A DNA stretch of 64,000 nt from the IMG/VR virus record IMGVR_UViG_2974538492_000001, positions 64,001 through 128,000 of that record; one strand, given 5' to 3'. Below the pieces are notes generated by a model that was not told the DNA's origin, did not search any database, and was given only the letters and a program-made list of their open reading frames with translations. Positions 46,202 to 56,805 of the stretch are shown here, one piece after another. The stretch comes from a virus (taxonomy: Duplodnaviria > Heunggongvirae > Uroviricota > Caudoviricetes). A program made the translations under genes and the position numbers. Positions within the stretch are counted from its first letter, which is position 1. The number at the start of each line of letters is the position of its first letter.

Positions 46202-46522
46202 ATGTCAAGCAATGTAAAACTAATTTTTATTAATGGTATTGGGCCACTTATCGGAACTATTCAAGATGATGTATCTGATGCGATTGTGGTACGTAATCCA
46301 TGTCAATTTGGATTAGATGATAAGGGTGAATTTGTTATTCGTGATTATCTTGAAGGAATTACCAATCCTAATGAAAATGTAATTTTTATGAAATATAATA
46401 TTGTTTCCGTCAATGTACCTGATGCATCAATTGCAGCAGCATATGTAGAAGCAATCGAAGCGTTAGAAGCAAGTGAAGAAAAATCACGACTAATCGTTCC
46501 TGATAACAAAATTATCATCTAA
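46202..46522 (+). CDS. Hypothetical protein (Sm-like fold possible)
   Basis: RBS AAGGA; ends with IVPDNKIII. Confidence 0.6.
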   Translation: MSSNVKLIFINGIGPLIGTIQDDVSDAIVVRNPCQFGLDDKGEFVIRDYLEGITNPNENVIFMKYNIVSVNVPDASIAAAYVEAIEALEASEEKSRLIVPDNKIII

Positions 46523-46535
46523 CTGGTAGCCAAAT

Positions 46536-46898
46536 ATGAGTGTACATCAAGCAATTATTATAGTAAAAGATTTAGATTCAATCGAACTTGCTAGAGTTGC
46601 AGTTCGAGCTGGTATGGAAATTATGAACCAATATGATCCAACTCGTTCATCATATGCAGGTTCATATGAACATAAGTTGTTTAATGTATGGTATGATGAA
46701 TGGATTAACACTGGTGCTGAACAACGTTTATACATTTGCGATGAATCACATGGATTAGATGAAGTTGAATTTCATGCTAACTTAGAAGCTGCACCAACCA
46801 ACTTTATTCAACAAGGAACTAATTCTACTATATTAGTAGTTGGTCCTTTTGATTCAAATCGTTTGAATTTTTTCACTCAGAATTGTAAACAAGTATAA
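46536..46898 (+). CDS. Divergent peptidyl-tRNA hydrolase 2 (Pth2)-like protein
   Basis: Q.IIIVKDL, W...G...(L)YI, T.LVVGP.......FT pattern. Confidence 0.5.
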   Translation: MSVHQAIIIVKDLDSIELARVAVRAGMEIMNQYDPTRSSYAGSYEHKLFNVWYDEWINTGAEQRLYICDESHGLDEVEFHANLEAAPTNFIQQGTNSTILVVGPFDSNRLNFFTQNCKQV

Positions 46899-46900
46899 CT

Positions 46901-46947
46901 AATACCCCTAAATATGTGTAATATACACAAACATGTTTAGGGGTATT
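46901..46947 (+). promoter_or_regulatory. Late promoter (CTAAATA 46908-14) in the 5' arm of an RBS-sequestering hairpin
   Basis: AATACCCCTAAA (46901-12) / TTTAGGGGTATT (46936-47), perfect 12 bp; ATG at 46953. Confidence 0.7.
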
Positions 46948-46952
46948 TTTTT

Positions 46953-47735
46953 ATGTACAATTATGCTGGAAATCCAGAATCTCCACAATACGATCATCGT
47001 GAAGAGTTGAAACGTGTAATTACAGTTATGTTAGGTGCAGGTGCAGTAAATGTTGAGCTAACTGATGAACAATTGGAAGTTTCTATTGATAACGCAGTAG
47101 CAAACTATCGAGCTTGGTCTGCTGCTTCAAAAGAAGAAGCCTTTTTACATATGAAATTTTATGAATCAGAATCAGTTTATGAACTTCCTACTGAAGTTGA
47201 AATAGTTCGAAGAATTTATCGACGTGGTAATGGTGTGGTATCAGGTTCTGGTGCAACAGTAGATCCATTTTCATTAGCCTATAGTAATACTTATTTGTTA
47301 AGTGCTGTTCGTGGAAGTACTGGTGGTGGTCTTTTAACTTATGATTTATATCATCAATTTGACAGTACTGTAGGTAGATTATTCGGACGTGAGATAATGT
47401 TCTTATGGAACTCGGTTAATAAAAAACTAACAATAGAACGTGATATTCGTGGTGAAGAAGAAGTTCTTCTACATGTTTATCATAATAAACCAGAGCCAAT
47501 GCTTTTCAGAACTCAAATGTCATATCCTTGGATACGTGATTGGGCTTTATCTGAAGCTATGATGATTCTAGGAAGAAACCGTGTTAAGTTTGCTACTCTA
47601 CCTGGTCCACAAGGAACATTTTCAATGGATGGTGCAGACTTAATTCAAAATGCAATAAGAATGCAGGAAGATTTGAAACAAAGATTACACAACCATGAAG
47701 ATGGTAGTGACCCATTATCATTCATTATTGGATAA
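46953..47735 (+). CDS. Neck protein (T4 gp13-like)
   Basis: LG...VNVELTDEQL..SID.A; WIRDWALSEAMMILGRNR.KF..LPGPQG....G..L. Confidence 0.8.
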   Translation: MYNYAGNPESPQYDHREELKRVITVMLGAGAVNVELTDEQLEVSIDNAVANYRAWSAASKEEAFLHMKFYESESVYELPTEVEIVRRIYRRGNGVVSGSGATVDPFSLAYSNTYLLSAVRGSTGGGLLTYDLYHQFDSTVGRLFGREIMFLWNSVNKKLTIERDIRGEEEVLLHVYHNKPEPMLFRTQMSYPWIRDWALSEAMMILGRNRVKFATLPGPQGTFSMDGADLIQNAIRMQEDLKQRLHNHEDGSDPLSFIIG

Positions 47736-47768
47736 TATAAATACACCATAATTGGAAACAATATGGTG
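47736..47768 (+). promoter_or_regulatory. Late promoter TATAAATA followed by a hairpin over the GGTGAT RBS
   Basis: CACCATA (47744-50) / TATGGTG (47762-68); ATG at 47774. Confidence 0.55.
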
Positions 47769-47773
47769 ATATT

Positions 47774-48031
47774 ATGCGTTATAAAGCTTATTTGGGATCT
47801 GATGAATTTACGTATAGTGATGAAGTACATGAATTGTATAAAAAAGTTGATTCATTTATGATTAATATTGCAGATTCTGATGGTAGTACTGGAACATTTG
47901 AAATAATTCAAGAAACATTGTGTGGTTGTCCATACTTTACTGCTTTAGTGGAATTCCCAACATGGGCTGAGGCATTATTTTTGATACAATTTTATGAATA
48001 TAGTTGGGACATCGTGGAAGAATCCGTATAG
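47774..48031 (+). CDS. Small acidic hypothetical protein
   Basis: 85-aa ORF. Confidence 0.55.
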   Translation: MRYKAYLGSDEFTYSDEVHELYKKVDSFMINIADSDGSTGTFEIIQETLCGCPYFTALVEFPTWAEALFLIQFYEYSWDIVEESV

Positions 48032-48065
48032 ATTCTTCCATTTTTCGTATATAAAGGATAATAAC

Positions 48066-48707
48066 ATGGAACGTAAAATAGTAGCAATAAATGGTATAAT
48101 TGGATCTGGAAAAGATTCTTTTTCACAAGTATTTGTAGATAATGGATTTTATAGAGTTTCTTTTGCAGAATCATTAAAAGATGCAGTAAGTTCTATTTTT
48201 GGTTGGGATCGTGAAATGCTAGAAGGTAATACACCAGAATCAAGAATTATAAGAGAACGACCAGATGAATACTGGAGTACAGTACTGGATCGTGAAATAA
48301 CCCCACGATGGGTATTACAAAACTTTGGCACAGATGTATGTAGACGATTCTTTCATGATAATATTTGGGTATTCAGTTTAGAACATCGAATTAGTAAATT
48401 GGAACATAGTAAAATTATTATTACTGATTGTAGATTTCCTAATGAATTAAAAATGGTTCGTAATAATAATGGTATTATTATTGAAGTTCAACGTAATTTA
48501 CCTGATTGGTACTATGATGCTTTTAAATATAATATAAATTCTGAATATGATTCTAGTATAGAAAAACCTGAATCTTTAACTGACATACATTCATCAGAAT
48601 ATGGATGGATTGGTATCAATCAACCTGACTATATTGTTGAAAATACATCAACTTTGAATAGTTTACATGCTCAAGCATACACAATTTTAGCTCAAATCAC
48701 CAACTAA
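48066..48707 (+). CDS. Deoxynucleoside monophosphate kinase (T4 gp1-like)
   Basis: GIIGSGKDS, SFAESLKD, TPRWVLQNFGTD, ITDCRFPNE, HSSE. Confidence 0.92.
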   Translation: MERKIVAINGIIGSGKDSFSQVFVDNGFYRVSFAESLKDAVSSIFGWDREMLEGNTPESRIIRERPDEYWSTVLDREITPRWVLQNFGTDVCRRFFHDNIWVFSLEHRISKLEHSKIIITDCRFPNELKMVRNNNGIIIEVQRNLPDWYYDAFKYNINSEYDSSIEKPESLTDIHSSEYGWIGINQPDYIVENTSTLNSLHAQAYTILAQITN

Positions 48708-48730
48708 ATTACTTTTCATACATAACTTTA

Positions 48731-48790
48731 AATCCTCCAATAAATAACAGTATAAGAATATTCGAATAAACCCAAAATTTTTGGAGGATT
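48731..48790 (+). promoter_or_regulatory. Anti-SD arm, late promoter (TAAATA 48741-46) and RBS of the tail sheath gene
   Basis: AATCCTCCAA (48731-40) / TTGGAGGATT (48781-90), perfect 10 bp. Confidence 0.7.
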
Positions 48791-48792
48791 AA

Positions 48793-51444
48793 ATGGCTGA
48801 TTTACTATCACCTGGTGTAAATGTAACAGTTACCGATGAAACTATTAGTTCTACTAGCGGTGCAGGAACTGTGCCTTTGTTTATCATTGCGACGGCACAA
48901 GATAAACTAGTTACAGGAAGTACTTCTGTTGCTGCGGGAACAACTAAAGCTAACGCAGGAAAACTACAACTAATTACATCGCAACGAAATGCTCTTGAAA
49001 TGTACGGATCACCAATATTTCAAAAAAGTAATGGATCTGTCGTTCAAGGCGATGAACTTAATGAATATGGCCTACACGCTGTATATAGCTACATGGGTAT
49101 TGCAAACCGTGCATATGTAGTTCGTGCTGATGTTGATATGGCACAACTAGAACCAACAGGAACTGAACCAACAGGACCAGTATCTAATGGTACTTTGTGG
49201 TTAGATACATCTGCCACACAAATTGAAGCATATGTCGCTAGAGTTAATAACCCAACCAGTTTCTTTGACTGGCAACTAAAACCTGTAACCATTGTCAGTT
49301 ATGAAGATATTGATGATGTTCCTACTAATACATTAAATGTAGATGATTTAGTACTACGTCATATTCCTAGTACTGGACAAATGCTAATGTATAAATTCGA
49401 AGCAATTGGTTTAGTTCAGGTTGAAACTTATCTATCACCAATTAACAAAGTCCCAACAGGATCAGCTATTATCAGAGGTAATATCTGGATTCGTGATGGT
49501 TACACTAAAAATGGTTCAAACTATTTTGGTACACGTTTTGTACTAAAACGTTTTGCTTCTCTAACTGCCGTTTGGAATGAAGTAAATGTTTGGACTGGTA
49601 ACAGTTTTTATGAAATTGAATCTAAATCTGGTACATTTGATAACACTTATTTCGGATCACTTTTTGATGAAGACAGTAAGAGTTTTTCATTATATACTAA
49701 AGCTGGAAATATTGCAGCAATTTCTGCACCAGCAACCCCTATTGGTCAATCTTCTAGCCAAGTAGCTACAAGTATTGGTAATTTAACAATTAAGTACTTA
49801 AACAAATCAGTAACAGTTGCCGCTGTATTACAATCTCAAATTATTAATACTGCAACATTAATTGCAAACCTTAATCAAAGTTCTGACTTAATTAATGCTG
49901 GGTTTACCTTTACTGGTACTAACGCATTGATTGTAACAAATAGAAATGGTTATAGTTTTGAAACTACTTCTACTGGTCAACAAATATTCAGTACTCCAGA
50001 ATTAGCGAAATTGACAGTTGATAGTAATAACTATTCATTGGTTAATGTTAATAACTTACGTGTTAGCTCAATAACACCAACAGCAAAAGCACCAAACGGT
50101 ACTTATTGGTATGATTTCAGTAATTCTGATTCATTAAAGGTTACTATGTATGTTGCTAATGTTAGTACTGAAGATTGGGATTTAATAATTGAATCTAATC
50201 AATATGTGCAATTAGATGAACCAGCAGCAGACCGTGATTTTTGGGCTAAGCCTTTATCACAAGGTGTTGAAGGATATGAATTCTATCGTAATGTAAGCGG
50301 TACTTGGGTTAAATTAGACTCAACAGATCAAAGTACTTTAAATGGTATGGTATTTGAAGATTTTAATTCAGGCGAAGTTCCTAGTGCAGCATTATATCAG
50401 AATGGTATGTTGGCAATTGATTTAGGTAATACTGAAGGTGTTGTTAAAGTCATGACTAATGGTATATGGGCTATCGCAAGTGGTGTAGCATTAAATGGTG
50501 CTGGATTATTTGGTCGTGCTGCTCAACGTCAAATCATAGTTGAGGCATTAGCTGCTGTTGTTATTGGAAATGAAGAAATTCGTGCTGAAAGTATTGATTA
50601 TAACTTAGTGTGTGTCCCTGGTTATGTTGAACTTTTAGATGAATTAGTAACACTTAACACAGATCGTAAAGAAACTGCATTTATCGTAACTGATGTTCCT
50701 GCACGTTTAGCACCAAATAGTACTGCGGTACAAGCATGGGCTTCTAATGCAAATAATGCTCCTAGTAATGGTGACATTGGTAGAACAACTGGTTACTCTT
50801 ATGCTGCTCAATACATGGGATGGTGCTTAAGTACTAACGTTGATGGTTCAGAAGTTGCTGTACCTGGTAGTACTATTGCAATGCGTACCTATGCTTACAG
50901 TGATAGCGTAAGTTATGTATGGTATCCACCTGCTGGTACACAACGTGGTGTTGTAACAAATGCTGCATCTGTTGGTTTCATTAATGGTGAAGGTGAATAT
51001 GCTCCAGTAGTATATAACCAAGGCCAACGTGATACAATGTATGTTAATAAAATCAACCCAATTGCAATGCGTCCTAATCGTGGATTATTAGTATATGGAG
51101 ATAAGACTTTAGCACCAGATGATGGTTCTGCATTAAGTCGTGTTAACGTTGCACGTTTAGTAGTTTATATTCGTCGTCAATTGGAAATTCTTGCTGAACC
51201 ATTCTTATTCCGCTTGAATACTCCAAGTACTCGCCAAGAATTCACATCTGTAGTTAATAATTTCTTAGCTGAAATTGTTCAATTAAATGGATTATATGAT
51301 TTCTTAGTAGTATGTGATGAATCAAATAACACTACTACACGTATTGGTAGAAATGAATTGTGGATGGATATTGCACTTGTACCAACTCGTTCAATCAACT
51401 TCATCTATATTCCAATCCGTTTGGAAAATAGTTTAACACAATAA
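48793..51444 (+). CDS. Contractile tail sheath protein (gp18-like) with a large central insertion
   Basis: LLSPGVNVTVTD; VWYPPAG..RG; RD.MY...INPI; GDKT; SR.NVARL...I; FLVVCDESNNT; PTRSINFIYI. Confidence 0.93.
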   Translation: MADLLSPGVNVTVTDETISSTSGAGTVPLFIIATAQDKLVTGSTSVAAGTTKANAGKLQLITSQRNALEMYGSPIFQKSNGSVVQGDELNEYGLHAVYSYMGIANRAYVVRADVDMAQLEPTGTEPTGPVSNGTLWLDTSATQIEAYVARVNNPTSFFDWQLKPVTIVSYEDIDDVPTNTLNVDDLVLRHIPSTGQMLMYKFEAIGLVQVETYLSPINKVPTGSAIIRGNIWIRDGYTKNGSNYFGTRFVLKRFASLTAVWNEVNVWTGNSFYEIESKSGTFDNTYFGSLFDEDSKSFSLYTKAGNIAAISAPATPIGQSSSQVATSIGNLTIKYLNKSVTVAAVLQSQIINTATLIANLNQSSDLINAGFTFTGTNALIVTNRNGYSFETTSTGQQIFSTPELAKLTVDSNNYSLVNVNNLRVSSITPTAKAPNGTYWYDFSNSDSLKVTMYVANVSTEDWDLIIESNQYVQLDEPAADRDFWAKPLSQGVEGYEFYRNVSGTWVKLDSTDQSTLNGMVFEDFNSGEVPSAALYQNGMLAIDLGNTEGVVKVMTNGIWAIASGVALNGAGLFGRAAQRQIIVEALAAVVIGNEEIRAESIDYNLVCVPGYVELLDELVTLNTDRKETAFIVTDVPARLAPNSTAVQAWASNANNAPSNGDIGRTTGYSYAAQYMGWCLSTNVDGSEVAVPGSTIAMRTYAYSDSVSYVWYPPAGTQRGVVTNAASVGFINGEGEYAPVVYNQGQRDTMYVNKINPIAMRPNRGLLVYGDKTLAPDDGSALSRVNVARLVVYIRRQLEILAEPFLFRLNTPSTRQEFTSVVNNFLAEIVQLNGLYDFLVVCDESNNTTTRIGRNELWMDIALVPTRSINFIYIPIRLENSLTQ

Positions 51445-51449
51445 ACACT

Positions 51450-51475
51450 AAGGGAGCCTAATGGCTCCCTTTTTT
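51450..51475 (+). terminator. Rho-independent terminator
   Basis: AAGGGAGCC-TAAT-GGCTCCCTT plus Ts. Confidence 0.9.
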
Positions 51476-51524
51476 ATTTTATTTTTTTAATAGCTAAATA
51501 ATGAAAACAACATTGGAGAATAAA

Positions 51525-51929
51525 ATGGGTTTATTAGATAAGTATGGTATTGAATTAAAATCAATGGAAGAAATTGTAGAACCTCAAGTATCATATCGAT
51601 TTATATGTATGGTATCTAATTTAGATATTAGTTTATATGTAAATAAAATTGATATTAAGTTTATTAATGGAAAAACACATATTACAATTGTTCTTCGAGA
51701 AATAGATAAAGATTCTAATTTTAATAAGATTTTAAAATATTCTAAAAATACCAAAGGTGAAGTTATAACAATACAAATGTTAGATAAAAATAATGAACTT
51801 TCAAATGAATGTATTATTAATAATTTTAAAATAACAGAAATTTCTCTGACAGATTTAGACTATAGTAAAGCTACGTCTGTATCTGTATCATTTACCTGTG
51901 TTGGAGATTATCATAATATTACTGAGTAA
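51525..51929 (+). CDS. Short tail-tube-like paralog
   Basis: N-terminus MGLLDKYGI resembles the next two genes; QVSYRF and DLDYS...V.VSF segments; CTAAATA upstream. Confidence 0.5.
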   Translation: MGLLDKYGIELKSMEEIVEPQVSYRFICMVSNLDISLYVNKIDIKFINGKTHITIVLREIDKDSNFNKILKYSKNTKGEVITIQMLDKNNELSNECIINNFKITEISLTDLDYSKATSVSVSFTCVGDYHNITE

Positions 51930-51981
51930 ACTTTATAAATACATTAAAGATTATTCCTTAAATTATTAGGAGAAGATAATA

Positions 51982-52671
51982 ATGGCAAATTTACTGGATA
52001 AATATGGTGTTCCAATTCCAGGTGGTAGTCGTGCTCCAATGAAGCAACCAAAGCCTAAGTACCGCTACCGAATTCTATTTTTCGGTTTTGGTAATGCTGA
52101 TGATGGTAACTACATTGCGTTAGACACTAACACTGTGGGTGCACCTCATGTAGAACATGAAAACGTAACTGTTCACAGTTACAACAGTAGTGCTCACTAT
52201 AAAGGCAAATACACATGGAGTCCTATTGAAGTTGCATTTCGTGACTCGGTAGGTAACATGTCATTAAAAGCCCTTTATAACCAAATGCGTAAAGAATTCA
52301 ACTACTATTCACAAGAATCACGTATTACTGGTTCTCAATATAAGTTCGAAATGTGGATTCAAACACTTGATGGTTCTAATAGTGAAGATACTACTAACCT
52401 ATATCAAGGGACTCTTACAACTTGGATCTGTCAAGGTTGTTTCATCACAGAAAGTAATTTCGGTGATTGGGACTACTCAAGTTCAGAACCACAAGTTATT
52501 ACCATGACATTACAGCCAGATGGATGTGTGTTAGTTGGTCCAGAAGGTCAAGCTCTTGGTGATGAAGTTACTGGTAACGGTACTCCTGAAAACTCTGTGG
52601 CTATTACCTCTAGTCCAACAGCAGTTAATGCGGATACATTACCTGATACAAACTTCTACAAAGGACAGTAA
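51982..52671 (+). CDS. Tail tube protein (gp19-like)
   Basis: PKPKYRYR, YKGKYTWSPIEVAFRD, W.CQGCF.....GDWDYSSSEP..ITMTL; TATAAATA at 51934. Confidence 0.8.
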   Translation: MANLLDKYGVPIPGGSRAPMKQPKPKYRYRILFFGFGNADDGNYIALDTNTVGAPHVEHENVTVHSYNSSAHYKGKYTWSPIEVAFRDSVGNMSLKALYNQMRKEFNYYSQESRITGSQYKFEMWIQTLDGSNSEDTTNLYQGTLTTWICQGCFITESNFGDWDYSSSEPQVITMTLQPDGCVLVGPEGQALGDEVTGNGTPENSVAITSSPTAVNADTLPDTNFYKGQ

Positions 52672-52680
52672 CAATATCCT

Positions 52681-52708
52681 AAAAGCCCTGACTATTCAGG
52701 GCTTTTTT
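52681..52708 (+). terminator. Rho-independent terminator
   Basis: AAAAGCCCTGA-CTAT-TCAGGGCTTTT. Confidence 0.9.
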
Positions 52709-52757
52709 ATTGCTAAATAATAATATAAATTCCAAATTTAAATAGGGGAAAGTATAA

Positions 52758-53531
52758 ATGGCAAATATGATGGATAAGTATGGTGTTCCTCTACCAAGTG
52801 GTCGCAATAAAACCATGAGCCAACCAAAAATTAAACATAAGTTCAGAGTTGTTGTATCAAACTTTGGTACTGCGATTGATGAAAAAGATTTTGTTGCATT
52901 GGAAGTATCTGAAGTAGATCGTCCTGGTATTTCGTTCGAAACTCATCAACTATATCAATTTGCTACAAATACTTCTTATGTTGGTCGTTGGGATTGGAAA
53001 CCAATCACACTTACAATACGTGATGCAGTTGATAATAAAGTAGCTAAATCTATTATTCGTCAACTACAAAAACAATTAGATTTCCAGCGTAGAATCTCTG
53101 CGAAATCAGAACAAGAATTTGCGGGATATAAATTCCGTATGATGATTGAAACTACTGGCGGGGCAAACCCTGATGATTCACTAACTAACCTAATACGTGA
53201 TACCGCTGTTGATTCAGCTACTGCTATTACTAATAATGAAGGTTTAGTTAATGCAATAGATGATTTTGTCGGCGGGAATGGTTTCAACGCATTAAGTACT
53301 TTAGATCGATGGGTATGTTATGGATGTATAATAACTGACATTGAATGGGATTCATTAGATTATGGGTCATCTCAGTACTTAACTATTAAGTTAACTATTA
53401 AACCTGATAATTGTGTACAGTACGATATGATTGAAGAAATGTATTCTGATAGAATAAGTTCATTACTTCCAGATAATGTTGATAATGCATTAGATATTGT
53501 AGACAGAATATTTGGTTCAGCGAGAATTTAA
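52758..53531 (+). CDS. Second tail tube protein paralog (gp19-like)
   Basis: PKIKHKFR, YVGRWDWKPITLTIRD, W.CYGC.......LDYGSS....IKLTIKPD. Confidence 0.75.
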   Translation: MANMMDKYGVPLPSGRNKTMSQPKIKHKFRVVVSNFGTAIDEKDFVALEVSEVDRPGISFETHQLYQFATNTSYVGRWDWKPITLTIRDAVDNKVAKSIIRQLQKQLDFQRRISAKSEQEFAGYKFRMMIETTGGANPDDSLTNLIRDTAVDSATAITNNEGLVNAIDDFVGGNGFNALSTLDRWVCYGCIITDIEWDSLDYGSSQYLTIKLTIKPDNCVQYDMIEEMYSDRISSLLPDNVDNALDIVDRIFGSARI

Positions 53532-53542
53532 GAGGAATAATT

Positions 53543-55660
<2,118 letters not shown>

Positions 55661-55687
55661 ATTAAAATACTGTGACTCGGAGTTAAC

Positions 55688-56233
55688 ATGAATAATTTAC
55701 AGAAATTTTTAATAGATCTCACTCCAGAATATTCATATCGTGTTAAATTTGCATGTGAGCCAAGCTCAGAAGATTTACACAAAGTGGTAACTAGACTTAC
55801 CGATAGATATGATGCATTTGAAGTTGGTCCATTAAAGAAAACAATTTTCCAAGACCGCCCATTAGATTTTTACAATCTTGACTGTGGTGAAATTTGGATG
55901 TTCGATTTTAAATGTAATCGTGGCATTCAACCTCAAGTACTTCTATTTGAAATTGGAAGTTTATTGAAATGGCCTGAAACTTTCATTCATATTAGAAATA
56001 ATTTAGAACCATATCAAGAAGAACTTGCTAATTCTGAAGATGATATTGATTTTGATGAATATGTGCCTCGTCTTTTAGATCCTGAACATAACGAAGTTCC
56101 AAAAGTTAATGCTGAAGAACTTGGTGGTCAAGGTCGTGCTGATACAGCAGTAAAAGATGCTATTGAAAATTATAAAAAAGATAAAACACCATATGCAGAA
56201 TATATGTCTGCTGGTTTCGGTAAAAAGGAGTAA
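55688..56233 (+). CDS. Hypothetical (probably virion) protein
   Basis: TAAATA at 55654 upstream; RBS GGAG. Confidence 0.65.
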   Translation: MNNLQKFLIDLTPEYSYRVKFACEPSSEDLHKVVTRLTDRYDAFEVGPLKKTIFQDRPLDFYNLDCGEIWMFDFKCNRGIQPQVLLFEIGSLLKWPETFIHIRNNLEPYQEELANSEDDIDFDEYVPRLLDPEHNEVPKVNAEELGGQGRADTAVKDAIENYKKDKTPYAEYMSAGFGKKE

Positions 56234-56236
56234 TCA

Positions 56237-56791
56237 ATGAGTCTTTTAGAAGAAATGTTTGATGGTTCTCAAGAACAATTGAACGAACGTCCTTATAGTC
56301 GTACACAATCAGCGATTGATTCGGTTAAAGGTAAAGCAAAAGGTATGTTTGGTTCTGGTCAAGTTGAACAGGGTGCACAACAATCTGGACAACAAGCTAA
56401 TCAGTTATGGAATGACTTTAAACGTTATGTTGGTAAAAAATACGGAGAGCACCCACAAGCAGTATCATATGCTGATGTTGCTGCCTTTTTTAAAGGTAAT
56501 AATTTAGATATTAAATTTTTAGGCCAAAATGAACGACGTTCATTTACACCAAAAGATGTGGGAACTGCAATACTTTCAGCAGCAAGAGAAATGGCTGATG
56601 ATTATGCAAATGATGAAGAATCTCCACAAGAACAAAATAAACCTGAACAATCTCAAGGTAATCAACCTCAACCTCAAACACAAGGTCAAGGTAATAATGC
56701 ACCACAAGCTGGGTCGAGTTCTGATTTTGCTGGTAAATTATCATCACTTTCTGCATCTGATCGTGCAAAGCTAATGAGACTAATTTCGTAA
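56237..56791 (+). CDS. Hypothetical protein with Q/N-rich linker
   Basis: RBS AAGGAG. Confidence 0.65.
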   Translation: MSLLEEMFDGSQEQLNERPYSRTQSAIDSVKGKAKGMFGSGQVEQGAQQSGQQANQLWNDFKRYVGKKYGEHPQAVSYADVAAFFKGNNLDIKFLGQNERRSFTPKDVGTAILSAAREMADDYANDEESPQEQNKPEQSQGNQPQPQTQGQGNNAPQAGSSSDFAGKLSSLSASDRAKLMRLIS

Positions 56792-56805
56792 TAGGAGAAG
56801 TAAAA

